Of a stretch of DNA of 64,000 nt, positions 1 through 10,398 are shown piece by piece. Every line of letters begins with the position of its first letter. The first letter of the stretch is position 1. A program made the position numbers and the translations under genes. The notes beneath the pieces are model-generated. The model did no database searches. It saw only the letters and a program-made list of their open reading frames with translations, and was not told the origin of the DNA. The stretch comes from Thermomicrobiales bacterium (GTDB lineage Bacteria; Chloroflexota; Chloroflexia; Thermomicrobiales; UBA6265): contig JBARWF010000154.1 in NCBI GenBank assembly GCA_049646645.1, forward strand, positions 11,653 through 75,652. Direction: 5' to 3'.

Positions 1-50
1 AGTCCTTCGGGCTCGCTATGAGCGCTATCGACGAATGAGAGTGATGATTC

Positions 51-803
51 ATGATCGTCTATCCCGCAATTGATATCCGTGGCGGTCGCGCCGTTCGTCT
101 TGTCGAGGGGGATTTCGACCGCGAGACGGCTTTCGACGCCGACCCGGTCGATGCCGCGAAGCGTTGGGCAGACGCCGGCGCGACATGGATCCACATCGTG
201 GATCTCGACGGCGCGCGGGACGGAACGGGCGCGAACCGCCGTGCCGTCGCCCGGATCCGCGAGGCCGTCTCCGTCAACCTGCAACTCGGCGGCGGCATTC
301 GGACCGCCAAGGATATCCGGGCCCTCAACGAGATCGGCGTCAACCGGCTGATCCTTGGCTCGATCGCGATCACGAAACCGGAGTTCGTGGAGCAGGCCAT
401 CGCCGACCACGGCGACCGCATCGCCGTCGGTCTCGATGCGCGCAATGGCAAGCTCGCGGCCCAAGGATGGCGCGAGCAGACGGATGTCGACGCGCTGGAA
501 GTCGCTCGCCGCTATGCTGACGCCGGCCTCAAGCATGTGATCTTCACCGACATTCATCGCGATGGCACCTTCAAGGGACCGAATCTTGAGGCACTGGCAG
601 CCCTGATCGACGCGGTGCCGATCGATGTCATCGCGTCGGGCGGTGTCGGCACCCTCGAGGACGTTCGCAATATCGCAGGCACGGGGGCCGGTGGCGTCAT
701 CATCGGCGCCGCCCTCTATCATCACAAGATCGACCTCGGCGACGCGCTTGCCCTCGCGCGTGCGTCCGCGTATTCGATTCCAGAATCAGGAGCCAGCGCA
801 TGA
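51..803 (+). CDS. hisA: ProFAR isomerase HisA
   Basis: 250-aa [25 protein letters not shown] at the N-terminus and [10 protein letters not shown] near the C-terminus are the two half-barrel phosphate-binding signatures. Stop overlaps the hisF start (ATGA). Confidence 0.93.
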   Translation: MIVYPAIDIRGGRAVRLVEGDFDRETAFDADPVDAAKRWADAGATWIHIVDLDGARDGTGANRRAVARIREAVSVNLQLGGGIRTAKDIRALNEIGVNRLILGSIAITKPEFVEQAIADHGDRIAVGLDARNGKLAAQGWREQTDVDALEVARRYADAGLKHVIFTDIHRDGTFKGPNLEALAALIDAVPIDVIASGGVGTLEDVRNIAGTGAGGVIIGAALYHHKIDLGDALALARASAYSIPESGASA

Positions 804-1615
804 CCGCGGAGACTAGCCCTTCCACCGAGACGACGCCGAGCAACCTGACCGTTCGCGTCATTCCCTGTCTCGACGTGAACAATGGTCGGGTCGTCAAGGG
901 TGTCGAGTTTCTCGATTTGCGCGATGCCGGCGATCCGGTCGAGATGGCCTCCGTCTACTACCGTGAGGGAGCGGACGAGCTCACCTTCCTCGATATCACG
1001 GCGAGCTCCGACAACCGGGAGACGATCGTCGATGTCGTGCAGCGGACCGCCGATCAGCTCTTCATCCCGCTGACGGTGGGCGGCGGCATCCGCACCGCGC
1101 AGGACATGCGAAAGATTCTGACGGCGGGAGCCGACAAGGTCTCGGTCAATACCGCGGCCATCGCCCGCCCCGACCTGATCTCGGAGGGTGCCGACCTCTT
1201 CGGCCGCCAGTGCATCGTGGTTGCCATCGATGCCCGGCGAAATCCTGATACGGGTCGCTGGGAGGTCTACACGCACGGTGGCCGCAAATCGGCCGGGCTG
1301 GACGTCGTCGAGTGGGCCGCTACCGCTGAAGAAAAGGGCGCCGGGGAGATCCTGCTCACGAGCATGGATCGTGACGGCACCAAGGCCGGGTACGACCTCG
1401 ACCTGCTGGAAGCCGTCGCCGGCGCAGTCAACATCCCCGTCATCGCGTCGGGTGGCGCGGGCAATCTCGATCACTTCGTGGAGGCGTTGCAGCCCGGCCG
1501 CGCCGATGCCGTGCTGGCGGCATCCCTCTTCCACTTCGGAACCTTGCGTGTGGGAGAGGTCAAGCACCATCTCGCGGCGGCGGGTTTGCCGGTGCGAATC
1601 GGAGAGCAGGAATGA
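800..1615 (+). CDS. hisF: Imidazole glycerol phosphate synthase cyclase subunit HisF
   Basis: 271-aa ORF with [27 protein letters not shown] and [11 protein letters not shown] motifs. ATGA overlaps on both sides. Confidence 0.95.
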   Translation: MTAETSPSTETTPSNLTVRVIPCLDVNNGRVVKGVEFLDLRDAGDPVEMASVYYREGADELTFLDITASSDNRETIVDVVQRTADQLFIPLTVGGGIRTAQDMRKILTAGADKVSVNTAAIARPDLISEGADLFGRQCIVVAIDARRNPDTGRWEVYTHGGRKSAGLDVVEWAATAEEKGAGEILLTSMDRDGTKAGYDLDLLEAVAGAVNIPVIASGGAGNLDHFVEALQPGRADAVLAASLFHFGTLRVGEVKHHLAAAGLPVRIGEQE

Positions 1616-2580
1616 CCGGCTCCACCGCCGAACTGCCACTCGACTTCGGGGATGACGGCCTCGTTCCGGCCGTGATTCAGGATGCCACCTCGAACGCCGT
1701 ACTGATGGTCGGCTTCATGAACCGGGAGGCCCTGCAGCGCACCCGGGAAACCGGACTCGTTCACTTCTGGAGCCGCAGTCGCAATCGCCTGTGGCAGAAG
1801 GGCGAGACCTCTGGGCATGTGCAGCACGTGCAGGAGATCTTCGTCAACTGCGAGGAGAACAGCCTACTGATCGCCGTCGATCAGGTCGGGGCTGTCTGCC
1901 ACACGGGACATCCCACCTGCTACTATCGCCGTCTGGAACCCGACAACTCGCTCACCGTCGTGCGCGACCGCTGGTTCGACCCTGCCGATGTCTACGGATC
2001 GGGCGACGGACTGGAGCATGTGACTCAGACATGGTGGGCGGCATTCGAATACCTGCGCGACCACGACCTGACCGCCGAATCCGGAACATCGCGGATGCTG
2101 CGCGCGGAGACCGACGCGATCACACCGCGCATCGTCGATGAGCTCCAGGAGCTGGCTGGCGTGCTCGATGGCACCCATCGTCACCAGGACGAGGCATCCG
2201 ATGCTGCGCTGGAGGGCGGTCAGGTCTGCTACTGGCTCGCGCTCCGCAATGTCCGGGATCGCCAGGCGTGGGTGCAGGTTCGACCCGACCGCGCACTCGA
2301 TCCGCCGTCGCCCTATGATGTGCCGGGCACGGCGACGCTCGCCACGCTTCTGCGCGCGGTCGCCCAGCAATGGTCCGATTTGCCCGCGGATGCCGACACC
2401 GCATCGATCTCGCATGAGTCCTTCGCGCTCGTCGCCTCGTCACTCGTTCGCGCCGGGGTCGATCCGCTCACCGTGATCTCCGCCGACCTCGACTCCTTGC
2501 GCAGCCGGCCATATCTCGCCGCGTTCTTCCAAACGCCAGGCGATGCCGGATCAGCGCCTGCAGAGGAATCGCAGCCATGA
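1612..2580 (+). CDS. hisI: Phosphoribosyl-AMP cyclohydrolase (HisI) fused to a divergent HisE-like region plus about 100 unassigned C-terminal residues
   Basis: Residues about 10-115 (VPAVIQD...[18 protein letters not shown]...[10 protein letters not shown]) are a clear HisI domain. Residues about 150-215 ([27 protein letters not shown]...[11 protein letters not shown]) resemble the MazG-like HisE helices. The tail has no motif I recognise. Confidence 0.85.
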   Translation: MTGSTAELPLDFGDDGLVPAVIQDATSNAVLMVGFMNREALQRTRETGLVHFWSRSRNRLWQKGETSGHVQHVQEIFVNCEENSLLIAVDQVGAVCHTGHPTCYYRRLEPDNSLTVVRDRWFDPADVYGSGDGLEHVTQTWWAAFEYLRDHDLTAESGTSRMLRAETDAITPRIVDELQELAGVLDGTHRHQDEASDAALEGGQVCYWLALRNVRDRQAWVQVRPDRALDPPSPYDVPGTATLATLLRAVAQQWSDLPADADTASISHESFALVASSLVRAGVDPLTVISADLDSLRSRPYLAAFFQTPGDAGSAPAEESQP

Positions 2581-3488
2581 GCACGGATCGCCAGCACGAA
2601 CGGCTCTGGACGCCGTGGCGGATGCGCTACATCGGCGGCCAGGCGAAGGAGGAAGGGTGCATCTTCTGCAACCGCCTTCACGACAGCGATGACGTCGAAT
2701 CGCTCATCCTCTATCGTGGCGCGCACTGCTTCGTCATCATGAACCTCTTCCCGTACAACACGGGCCACGTGATGATCGTCCCGAATCTTCACGCCGACGA
2801 CCCCAGCCAGCTCGATGCAGACACGCTCCATGAGATGGCCGATCTGCTTCCCGTCGTCACGCGGGCGCTCAAGCGGAACCTGAACTGCCAGGGGTTCAAC
2901 ATCGGGCTCAATATCGGCTCCGTCGCCGGTGCTGGTATTGCGGAGCACTTGCATGAGCACGTCGTTCCGCGCTGGCTGGGTGACGCCAACTTCATGCCGA
3001 TCCTCACCTCGACGATGGTGATCCCGGAGGTCATTCCCTCCACGTACGCGAAGGCGCGCGCCGAACTGCAGCGAGAGTTCTCGGGAAACGCCGAGGTGCG
3101 TCTCGTCGTCCTGCAGGACGACGAGCGCCGGCTCCTGCTCGTCGACGGCCGGTTGCCGGTGGCCACAGCCGCTCAGGACGAATCGATTGCGCGCGCGGCC
3201 CTCGCCGGCGTGAGCGCCTGGGCAACCGATCTCGAGGTCGCAGGCTGGGCCGGAGCCAATCGCGCCGACGACGGCACGATCACCGGTGAGGATGCGGGGC
3301 TGGTGCTGCGCGGCACGGGCACCGAGCGGACGAGTCTCTCGTCACACGCAGCCTTCGCACCACTGAACGATGCAACCCTTAGCAACCTGACGGAGAGTGA
3401 TCGAGCGTTCGTGCAACGTGGGCTCCGACAGCTTGCGCCGTCGGTCATGCCGCCTTCCGCGCCGAGACGAGAGCCTGAGCAAGTGTGA
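2577..3488 (+). CDS. HIT-family nucleotide hydrolase/transferase (Ap4A phosphorylase/GalT-like branch) with a C-terminal extension
   Basis: 303-aa ORF. WRMRYI, CIFC and the histidine triad HLHEHVVPRW lie in the first ~160 aa; the last ~140 aa are unassigned. Start overlaps the hisIE stop (ATGA). Confidence 0.8.
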   Translation: MSTDRQHERLWTPWRMRYIGGQAKEEGCIFCNRLHDSDDVESLILYRGAHCFVIMNLFPYNTGHVMIVPNLHADDPSQLDADTLHEMADLLPVVTRALKRNLNCQGFNIGLNIGSVAGAGIAEHLHEHVVPRWLGDANFMPILTSTMVIPEVIPSTYAKARAELQREFSGNAEVRLVVLQDDERRLLLVDGRLPVATAAQDESIARAALAGVSAWATDLEVAGWAGANRADDGTITGEDAGLVLRGTGTERTSLSSHAAFAPLNDATLSNLTESDRAFVQRGLRQLAPSVMPPSAPRREPEQV

Positions 3489-3626
3489 CCCGGCAGGCCG
3501 AAGTTGGCCCGACCTGCACCTATAATTGGATCGCGACGGACTGATTGCGATGGCGCCGTTGACCGTGGTCGTGGTCGTGCGAACAGGTGCGTGCGTGCCA
3601 TGACAGTTGCGAAGACTGGAGGATGA

Positions 3627-4976
3627 GTGGTTCCCCAATCCGGATTCCGGCGACGTCGCATCTCATCCCCCTGGTCGCCGCTCACCGTGGTCATCAGCGG
3701 CGGTCTGCAGGGCCTGGCGGACAGCCTGCTGCAGCCGATCATCATCCTGAGCACGCTCGCTTTCCTGCTCGGTGGTACCAATTACCAGATAGCCGCCTTC
3801 GCCGTCATTGCCGCCGCCTGCTGGTCGCTGGGCGGCCTGCTGGTTGAGCCCCTTGTCCTGCTGGTCAAGGGCACCCGGCCAATCGCCATCGCAGGGATCA
3901 TCCTGCGGACGGGCGCGATCATGCTGCTCGGGCTCATCGGCTATCGTCTGGAGAGACTGCATCCCGCGAACGCCCTTGCCGGCCTCATCCTGTGCTTTGC
4001 TGCCTACGAGCTCGGCGCATTGGTCACTGCCTCCACAACGAACGGCCAGGTCGCCCTCGCCTACTCGCCCGCCAAGCGGGCCGCGATCTTCCGCTGGCGG
4101 GCGCTCGCCGCCGCAATTGCCGCGATCCTCGGCGGGCTCGCCGCGCAGGGCACGTTCGGCTCCGCCCTGACGCCCTTTCCAACGTCGGGCAAATACCTGC
4201 TGATGCTCGCGTCGCTCAGCGTGATTGCGGCCACCTGGTTCCTGATCCAGGTGCCATTGCGCAGCCGGCAGTTCGGTCAACAAGGCTTCAGCCCGATTGG
4301 ACCGGCCCTCCGATCAGCTTCGATCCGTCGATACCTGACCTTCAGGCTGCTGCTCGGTCTCGCCGCATTCGCGGACCCTCTCGTCATCGTCTATGGATTG
4401 CAGCGGATCGGCTTCAACCTCCGGTATGTCGGGATCGCCCTGGTCTGCTATGCACTCCTGCAACTCCTCGGCACGGCAATCTGGTCCGACCGGATCGCCG
4501 CGCGCAACCATATCCGGCTGCTCCAGTTCGCGACATTCCTGCGCCTGATCTTCCTGATCCTGGCGATCTCGATTCCCGCCTTGGCCAGCAGCACGTTCTA
4601 CGCGGATCGTTTCGATTCGCCGCGGATCGCGGCATGGGCATTCGCGGCGGCCTTCGGGTTGCTTGGGCTCGCCGCCAGCATCCACAACCACGTCAACCAG
4701 CGATATCTCATCGACATCGCCGTACGTGATGGCGTAGCGCCCCCCCAATCGGCCATCGCCGTCTCGAACCTCATGCTCGGTATCCTGGCGTTCGCCCCGC
4801 TTGTGGGGGCATGGGTCGCCACGCGCTTCTCACTCGAAGCGGCGATCACAACTGGCGGGACCTTCGCCTTTCTCGCCTTTCTCTCCAGCGCCGCACTTGT
4901 GGCGTCTCGAGCCCGTGGCGCACGACGCCGAAGCCCTCTGCGCGTCGGCGCACGTCGCGCGCGGGTCTCTCGCTGA
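3627..4976 (+). CDS. Polytopic membrane protein (MFS-like transporter)
   Basis: 449-aa ORF with about 12 hydrophobic segments rich in A/L/G/I. The GTG at 3627 lies only 3 nt after GGAGGA, so the exact start is uncertain. Confidence 0.6.
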   Translation: MVPQSGFRRRRISSPWSPLTVVISGGLQGLADSLLQPIIILSTLAFLLGGTNYQIAAFAVIAAACWSLGGLLVEPLVLLVKGTRPIAIAGIILRTGAIMLLGLIGYRLERLHPANALAGLILCFAAYELGALVTASTTNGQVALAYSPAKRAAIFRWRALAAAIAAILGGLAAQGTFGSALTPFPTSGKYLLMLASLSVIAATWFLIQVPLRSRQFGQQGFSPIGPALRSASIRRYLTFRLLLGLAAFADPLVIVYGLQRIGFNLRYVGIALVCYALLQLLGTAIWSDRIAARNHIRLLQFATFLRLIFLILAISIPALASSTFYADRFDSPRIAAWAFAAAFGLLGLAASIHNHVNQRYLIDIAVRDGVAPPQSAIAVSNLMLGILAFAPLVGAWVATRFSLEAAITTGGTFAFLAFLSSAALVASRARGARRRSPLRVGARRARVSR

Positions 4977-5013
4977 ACGGGCCCCTTTTCGACAATCCTC
5001 GGAGGATGAACAC

Positions 5014-6174
5014 GTGAAAATCGAGCGATTCGACCTTGAACGGTGGATGACGACCTGGGAACTCGATGTCGATTGCGACATTGCGGAGAGCGGCATTCTC
5101 CCGCTCTCGCTTGGGGACGTCTACGATCTGCTTGGCGAGGACCAGGCAGCGACTTTGGAGCGACAGGTCCGCGAGACCCCGCTCGGCTATTCCGAAGCAC
5201 GGGGAACGATCGCGCTGCGAACGACCCTCGCCAACACCTACGCCAACGCAACACCCGACGACATCCTGGTGACAACCGGCGCGATCGAGGCGAACTTCCT
5301 GCTCTTCAATGCCCTGCTGCAGGAGGGCGATCACGTCGTCGCAGTCTCCCCGGCCTACCAGCAACTGCACAGCGTGCCGCGTGCAATTGGCTGCGACGTC
5401 GATCTCTGGAGCGTCCAGACCGACAACGGGTTCGCCTACGACCTGAATCGACTTGAATCGCTCGTCCGCGATAACACCAAGCTGATCGTGCTCAACACCC
5501 CCCACAATCCGACCGGCGCGATGCTCGATGAATCCGAGCTGCGCGAGATTGTCGCGATTGCCGATCGGGTTGGCGCCTGGATTCTCTCCGACGAAGCGTA
5601 CCGGTGGCTGGAGCACCCCGGCGGCGAGAAGCTGCCGCCGCCGCTGCGCGATCTGACGGATCGTGCGATCAGTGTCGGCACCGTCTCCAAGCCTTTTGGC
5701 GTGCCCGGACTCCGCATCGGATGGTTTGCCGCGACCGCCGAAATCGCGCAGAAGTGCTGGGGTCTACGGGACTATACCTCGCTCAGCCCAGCCAATCTGA
5801 GCGACATCATCGCGACCGCCATCATCGCTGGACGCGACCGCATCCTGCCGCGCAACGGCGCCATCATCGAAGAGAACATGGCCTTCGCCCGCACGTGGTT
5901 CGCGGAACATGCCGACCTCGCGTCGTGGAGTGAGCCGCGCGCCGGACTCCTTGCCATGATGAAGGTTCATCTGCCCATCGACTCGCAGACGCTCGCCGAT
6001 GGACTGGCCCGTGATGCCCGCGTCATGCTCGCACCCGGATCCTCTTTCGGGCTGGAGGGCTACCTGCGGATCGGCGTCGGCCAGCGACCGGACATCTTTG
6101 CCGAGGGCTTGCGACGAACTGCTGCCTACCTCAACGCCATCCGCGAGGAGAGCGCCTCCGCTGCAAGCGCGTAG
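5014..6174 (+). CDS. Class I/II PLP-dependent aminotransferase
   Basis: GTG at 5014 is preceded by GGAGGA (5001-5006). TVSKPFGVPGLRIGW carries the PLP-lysine motif, and NTPHNPTG is the typical fold-type I asparagine motif. The track ORF from 4801 would overlap the upstream gene. Confidence 0.85.
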   Translation: MKIERFDLERWMTTWELDVDCDIAESGILPLSLGDVYDLLGEDQAATLERQVRETPLGYSEARGTIALRTTLANTYANATPDDILVTTGAIEANFLLFNALLQEGDHVVAVSPAYQQLHSVPRAIGCDVDLWSVQTDNGFAYDLNRLESLVRDNTKLIVLNTPHNPTGAMLDESELREIVAIADRVGAWILSDEAYRWLEHPGGEKLPPPLRDLTDRAISVGTVSKPFGVPGLRIGWFAATAEIAQKCWGLRDYTSLSPANLSDIIATAIIAGRDRILPRNGAIIEENMAFARTWFAEHADLASWSEPRAGLLAMMKVHLPIDSQTLADGLARDARVMLAPGSSFGLEGYLRIGVGQRPDIFAEGLRRTAAYLNAIREESASAASA

Positions 6175-6193
6175 GCGGCATCTGTCCAAAGCA

Positions 6194-6224
6194 CGAACGC
6201 CCCGGCCGATGGCCGGGGCGTTCG
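6194..6224. terminator. Bidirectional terminator-like hairpin between convergent genes
   Basis: Perfect 14-bp GC-rich stem (cgaacgccccggcc / ggccggggcgttcg) with a 3-nt loop, between the aminotransferase stop (6174) and the P5CDH stop (6247). Confidence 0.6.
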
Positions 6225-6246
6225 CTGTGTCATATGGAAACGAGGG

Positions 6247-7821
6247 CTACTCGTCGATGACGACGCAGCGCCCCTGCTCCCGCAGGAACTGCTGGACGTA
6301 CCACGATCCGAGCGCGCCCTTGCCGGAGGAACCGCTCCCCTTCCAGCCGCAGAAGGGCTGGCATCCCGGCCACGCACCGGTCGTCGCGCCACCCTTGCGG
6401 TTCGCGTAGACGACACCCGCCTCAATGCGGTTGAAGAACGTCTCGATCTCGCGCTCATCTTCCGAGAAGATTCCGGCCGTCAGCCCGTATTCCGTGTCGT
6501 TGGCCTCCTTCAGCGCCTCGTCGAGAGAGTCCACCGCGGCAACCGCCAGGAACGGCAGGAAGAGTTCTCGCTTGAAGAGCTCGTGATCCAACGGCAGGCC
6601 ATCGACGATCGTCGGCGCGACGAACGTCCCCTTGGCGAGATCGCCATCGGCCAGCCGGCTTCCGCCGAAGCGGATGTGACCGTCCTTGGCCCCCAACGCG
6701 GCAGCCTCCTCGAAGCGTTTGACGGCGGTCTCATCGATGACGGGGCCGACGAAGACCTGGCGATCGACCGGATCGCCGATCACCAGTTCCGCCGTGCGCG
6801 CCACGAGCCGCTCCATGAACTCATCGTAGACGGGCCGCTCGACGTAGACCCGCGAGCACGCGGAGCACTTCTGCCCGGAGAACCCGAACGCCGACCGCAC
6901 CACGCCCTCCACGGCCTTGTCGAGGGACGCGTTTTTCGTCACGATCGTCGGGTTCTTGCCGCCCATCTCCGTGATGATCGGCTTCGGATAGATCGTGCTG
7001 AAGCTGTTGTAGAGGTCCATGCCGACCTCTTTCGAGCCAGTGAAGATCACGCCGCTGACGTCAGGATGATGTACGAGATAGTCACCAACCTCCTCGCCCC
7101 CGCCGGTCACGAACTGGAAGACGTCTGCCGGCACGCCGCCATCGAGGAAGCATCGCGCCAGCTCATACCCGGAAATCGCGGTCGCACTCGCCGGCTTGAA
7201 GACGACGGTATTGCCGGAGACCAGCGCCCCGGAGATAGGACCGGCCGCCAGCGCGTGCGGGAAGTTGAACGGCGCCAGGATCGCCCAGACGCCATACGGG
7301 CGCAGCACCGAACTGTTCTTCTCGCGCGGGTCGAGCGAGTTCATCTTGAATGCGTAGCCTGCGTGCTGCTCCATCTGGCCGGCATACTCGTCCAGCAGGT
7401 CGGCGCCTTCCTCCACCTCACCGATGGCCTCGGTTCGCGACTTGCCCGCCTCGCGGATCATGATCGCGGCCAACCGGAACTTCCGCTCGCGAATCACCGT
7501 GGCGACGTTGCGGATGATCGCGACGCGCTCCTGCCACGGGCGATCCGCCCATGCCGGGTACGCGGCCTTGGAGGTGGCGACGGCATCGTCCACGTCCTGC
7601 CGGGTGCCACGCTGGAAGAGCCCCAACACAAGATTAACGTTCGCGGGCGCCGTGACTTCGAAGAGCGGGCGTCCGGTGCGCTCCTCGCCATTGATGATGA
7701 GCGGGTATTCCTTGTTGAAGTCCTTGGCGGCCTCGTCGAGTGCTTCGTCGAAGCTCGCGTGCATCGCCTCGATCTGGTCGGGTGTCGCCGTGTAAGTAAT
7801 TTTCTGGGTTGCGATAGCCAT
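6247..7821 (-). CDS. pruA: L-glutamate gamma-semialdehyde (1-pyrroline-5-carboxylate) dehydrogenase
   Basis: 524-aa aldehyde dehydrogenase with FTGSKEVG, EMGGKNP and catalytic GQKCSACSR. The N-terminal KEYPLIINGEE and the C-terminal NRKGGATTGAWPGCQPFCGWKGSG resemble the RocA/PruA-type P5CDH subfamily. Confidence 0.75.
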   Translation of the reverse strand: MAIATQKITYTATPDQIEAMHASFDEALDEAAKDFNKEYPLIINGEERTGRPLFEVTAPANVNLVLGLFQRGTRQDVDDAVATSKAAYPAWADRPWQERVAIIRNVATVIRERKFRLAAIMIREAGKSRTEAIGEVEEGADLLDEYAGQMEQHAGYAFKMNSLDPREKNSSVLRPYGVWAILAPFNFPHALAAGPISGALVSGNTVVFKPASATAISGYELARCFLDGGVPADVFQFVTGGGEEVGDYLVHHPDVSGVIFTGSKEVGMDLYNSFSTIYPKPIITEMGGKNPTIVTKNASLDKAVEGVVRSAFGFSGQKCSACSRVYVERPVYDEFMERLVARTAELVIGDPVDRQVFVGPVIDETAVKRFEEAAALGAKDGHIRFGGSRLADGDLAKGTFVAPTIVDGLPLDHELFKRELFLPFLAVAAVDSLDEALKEANDTEYGLTAGIFSEDEREIETFFNRIEAGVVYANRKGGATTGAWPGCQPFCGWKGSGSSGKGALGSWYVQQFLREQGRCVVIDE

Positions 7822-7925
7822 GATATCCGTGTCCTTTGGCGTGGATGCGTACGGTTTCCAATCCCATTATGACGGAGGCGATGGCAATTCGCACGAAACT
7901 GGTCGGAATCTGCGAAACGCACAAC

Positions 7926-7959
7926 GAGGGCACCGGCACAAATCCGTGCCAGCACCCTC
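7926..7959 (-). terminator. Terminator-like hairpin downstream of the VOC gene
   Basis: 14-bp stem whose three non-Watson-Crick positions are G-U wobbles only on the minus-strand transcript (C-A mismatches on plus). It begins about 30 nt after the stop at 7990. Confidence 0.45.
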
Positions 7960-7989
7960 GTCATCGTTCGATCGTTTACCTATGGGCGA

Positions 7990-8388
7990 CTATGCGTCCA
8001 GTTCGTCATAAGCGCCGATGATCTGCGTGATCTCGATCCGGTTCCGGAACGGATCGCGCACGCTGAAACGCGGCCGGTTGTGAATTTCGGGCTCTGGCAG
8101 GATCTCAAGCCCCGCCGCCTGGATCTTCTCGCGATAGGCCTCGAGATCGTCCACCTGCAGGCACAGATGCTGACCGGGGCAGCCGTACGCGAAATCCTGA
8201 TAGGTGAAGACATGCAGTTCGTGCCCATCTTCGCCGAGATTGAACCAGACCAGTCGATCACGGTTCAGGGTCGACGGCGGCACGACCTCGGGCAGCCCCA
8301 GAACGCCGCCGTAGAACGCGCGAGCCTCGTCGTTGCCGTCGGGCGGCATCGGTACGCTGACATGTTGGACACGCATCACAGATGGCAT
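7990..8388 (-). CDS. VOC/glyoxalase-family protein
   Basis: 132-aa ORF. VQHVSVPMP...EARAFYGGVLGL and the later HLCLQVDDLEAY...FSVRDPFRNRIEI form the paired beta-alpha-beta-beta-beta pattern of the glyoxalase/dioxygenase fold. Confidence 0.7.
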   Translation of the reverse strand: MPSVMRVQHVSVPMPPDGNDEARAFYGGVLGLPEVVPPSTLNRDRLVWFNLGEDGHELHVFTYQDFAYGCPGQHLCLQVDDLEAYREKIQAAGLEILPEPEIHNRPRFSVRDPFRNRIEITQIIGAYDELDA

Positions 8389-8471
8389 CGACCACTCCCA
8401 GTTACAGAGACCATGTGCCGGTGGCGGAAACTTCGTTCATGGTATCGCAAGTTGCCGATTTGCAAAGCCCA

Positions 8472-9467
8472 TCACTCGGGTGTCCGTCGCAATTCATCGA
8501 TCAGTGCCGGGACAACCTGAAAGAGATCGCCGACGATCCCGAATGATGCGACGTCGAAGATAGGGGCATCAGGATCGCGGTTGATGGCGACGATGTACTC
8601 CGATCCCTGCATCCCGACGAGGTGCTGCGGCGCGCCGCTGATACCGACCGCAAGGTACAGGCTGGGCGCGACGGAATGCCCCGTCGAACCGACCTGGTCA
8701 TCATGCGAGCGCCAGCCCGCCCCGACAGCCGCGCCCGATGCGCCGACCGCTGCGTCCATCACCGCCGCCAGCTCCTCCAGCATGGCAAACGCATCTGGCC
8801 CCTGCAATCCGCGACCGCCTGACACGATCCGTTTGGCCTCGGTCAGGGACTTGCCGACCGGCGTATGGTCCCGGGTTTCGATCACCTGCACGCGACGGTC
8901 GAGCATCCCGTCGTCGATCTGCACGATCTCGATCGGCGCGGCCGAACCCGATCGCTCCGCGCGTGGAAAACTGGCGGGGCGAATGGTCATCATCGGCTGA
9001 ACGTCAGGGGCGAACTCGATTGCCGTCTGCACGCGGCCCCCGAGGACCGACCGGTGAACGACAAGCTTGCCATCCGGCACCGAAATCGCGCTGACATCAG
9101 CCGCCAGCGCCGCGCCCATGCGTGCGGCGACGCGGGGCGCGTAATCGCGGCCGGCGATGCTGCCGGGAAAAAGAACGGCAGCGGGATGTCGCCCGGCGAT
9201 CACCGCATGAACGGCGCTCGCCCATACAGCGCTCGTGTACGGCAGGAGAGCGGCGTTGGACACGCTGATCACTGCGTCGACTCCTGCCAACTCCGCCACA
9301 CTCTGCGCGACTTCATCGTCTGCTGAAAGCACGAGCGCTGTCAGATCGGCATCCCAGGCATCTGCCAGCAGGCGGCCAGCGGTGACCATCTCGGCTGTCA
9401 GCTGCCGCAGGGCGCCGTCATCGCCTAGGTCGGCCATCACGTAGACAGTTCTATGTTCAGGCATCAT
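8472..9467 (-). CDS. etfA: Electron transfer flavoprotein alpha subunit
   Basis: 331-aa ORF. The C-terminal FAD-binding block (IVSGGRGL...AAVGASGAAV...QVGSTGHSVAPSLYLAVGISGAPQHLVGM...IVAINRDPDAPIF) is diagnostic. Confidence 0.92.
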   Translation of the reverse strand: MMPEHRTVYVMADLGDDGALRQLTAEMVTAGRLLADAWDADLTALVLSADDEVAQSVAELAGVDAVISVSNAALLPYTSAVWASAVHAVIAGRHPAAVLFPGSIAGRDYAPRVAARMGAALAADVSAISVPDGKLVVHRSVLGGRVQTAIEFAPDVQPMMTIRPASFPRAERSGSAAPIEIVQIDDGMLDRRVQVIETRDHTPVGKSLTEAKRIVSGGRGLQGPDAFAMLEELAAVMDAAVGASGAAVGAGWRSHDDQVGSTGHSVAPSLYLAVGISGAPQHLVGMQGSEYIVAINRDPDAPIFDVASFGIVGDLFQVVPALIDELRRTPE

Positions 9468-9615
9468 GTGCGTCCACTTCCATCTACGGTTTCACCGGGC
9501 GGAGCCTCGTCAAATCGAGCGCACCACTCAGTGATTTCCCGATGGAGCTAATCCAGAGCCTTTCGGCTGCGCTCAAGATAAATTCCGCCGAGGGTTCGAA
9601 ACGACGTTGCAGCGC

Positions 9616-10398
9616 TCAGGAGATGAGGCGCTTCTCCCGCAGCCACGCCGCGAGCTGCGCCGCCGCATCATGGGGATCGATATCCCTAAGAATCGTGGCC
9701 GCACGGACACGCACCGGTGCCTCTGGCTCGCTCCACGTCATTGACGGAGGCCCAGTGAACGGCGGCACGGTCGTCACGTCGAGCGGCTTGCGCTTCGCCT
9801 GCATCATTCCCCTGAGCGTGGGATGCCGCTGCTCACCGTCACGACCGCTGAGCACGAGCAGCAGCGCCGGCAGCGGGACCGACACAACCTGCTTGCGCCC
9901 CTCACTGTCGCGATGGACATGGAGCGATTCCCCGTCGTAATCGACCCCGGTGACGAGCGAGACGTGCGGGAGATCGAGCAACTCCGCGACCTGGGGTCCA
10001 ACCTGCGCCGTTTCGAGGTCTTCGGATGTCTGTCCCGCCAGAATGAGATCGAAGTCCTGCCCGCGCAGGTGATCCGCGAGCAGCGTCGCCAGCGCCAGGG
10101 AATCTCGCCGGTCGGCATCGTCAAGAAGCAGGTGCTGACCACGATCCGCGCCTGTCCCCAGCCCGCGCAGGATCACCTCGCGTGCGCTGGCCGGTCCGGC
10201 ACTGACGATCGTCACCTCCCCGCCATGGCGCTCCTTCAGGTCGAGTGCCTGCGCGACGGCGTAGGTGTCGAAGGTGTTGACCACCGGCGCACCGCTGAGG
10301 ACTGCACGATGGGTATCGGGATCGATGGTGATGCCGTTGGGATCGGGAATCTGCTTGACGAGCACGCAGATGCGGAGGCCATTCGCCACATCACTCAT
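9616..10398 (-). CDS. etfB: Electron transfer flavoprotein beta subunit
   Basis: ICVLVKQIPD start region and the SLVTGVDYDGE and RHPTLRGMMQAKRKP motifs. ATG at 10398 chosen; it overlaps the hydratase stop by 8 nt (ATGAGTGA). Confidence 0.9.
   Translation of the reverse strand: MSDVANGLRICVLVKQIPDPNGITIDPDTHRAVLSGAPVVNTFDTYAVAQALDLKERHGGEVTIVSAGPASAREVILRGLGTGADRGQHLLLDDADRRDSLALATLLADHLRGQDFDLILAGQTSEDLETAQVGPQVAELLDLPHVSLVTGVDYDGESLHVHRDSEGRKQVVSVPLPALLLVLSGRDGEQRHPTLRGMMQAKRKPLDVTTVPPFTGPPSMTWSEPEAPVRVRAATILRDIDPHDAAAQLAAWLREKRLIS

Noticed and set aside
1-50. Possible 3' end of an upstream his gene (a frame ending TGA at about 36-38)
   Set aside because: Only about 12 codons are visible, too few to identify.
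4801-5013. Upstream part of the aminotransferase ORF (457 aa version)
   Set aside because: It overlaps the 3' end of the membrane-protein gene in another frame. The GTG at 5014 has a GGAGGA SD and yields a normal aminotransferase N-terminus.
9468-9615. 148-nt gap between etfB and etfA, inspected for a repeat element or RNA gene
   Set aside because: It has no match to the three repeat families, no strong hairpin and no tRNA-like features. It is probably just an unusually long intercistronic spacer.
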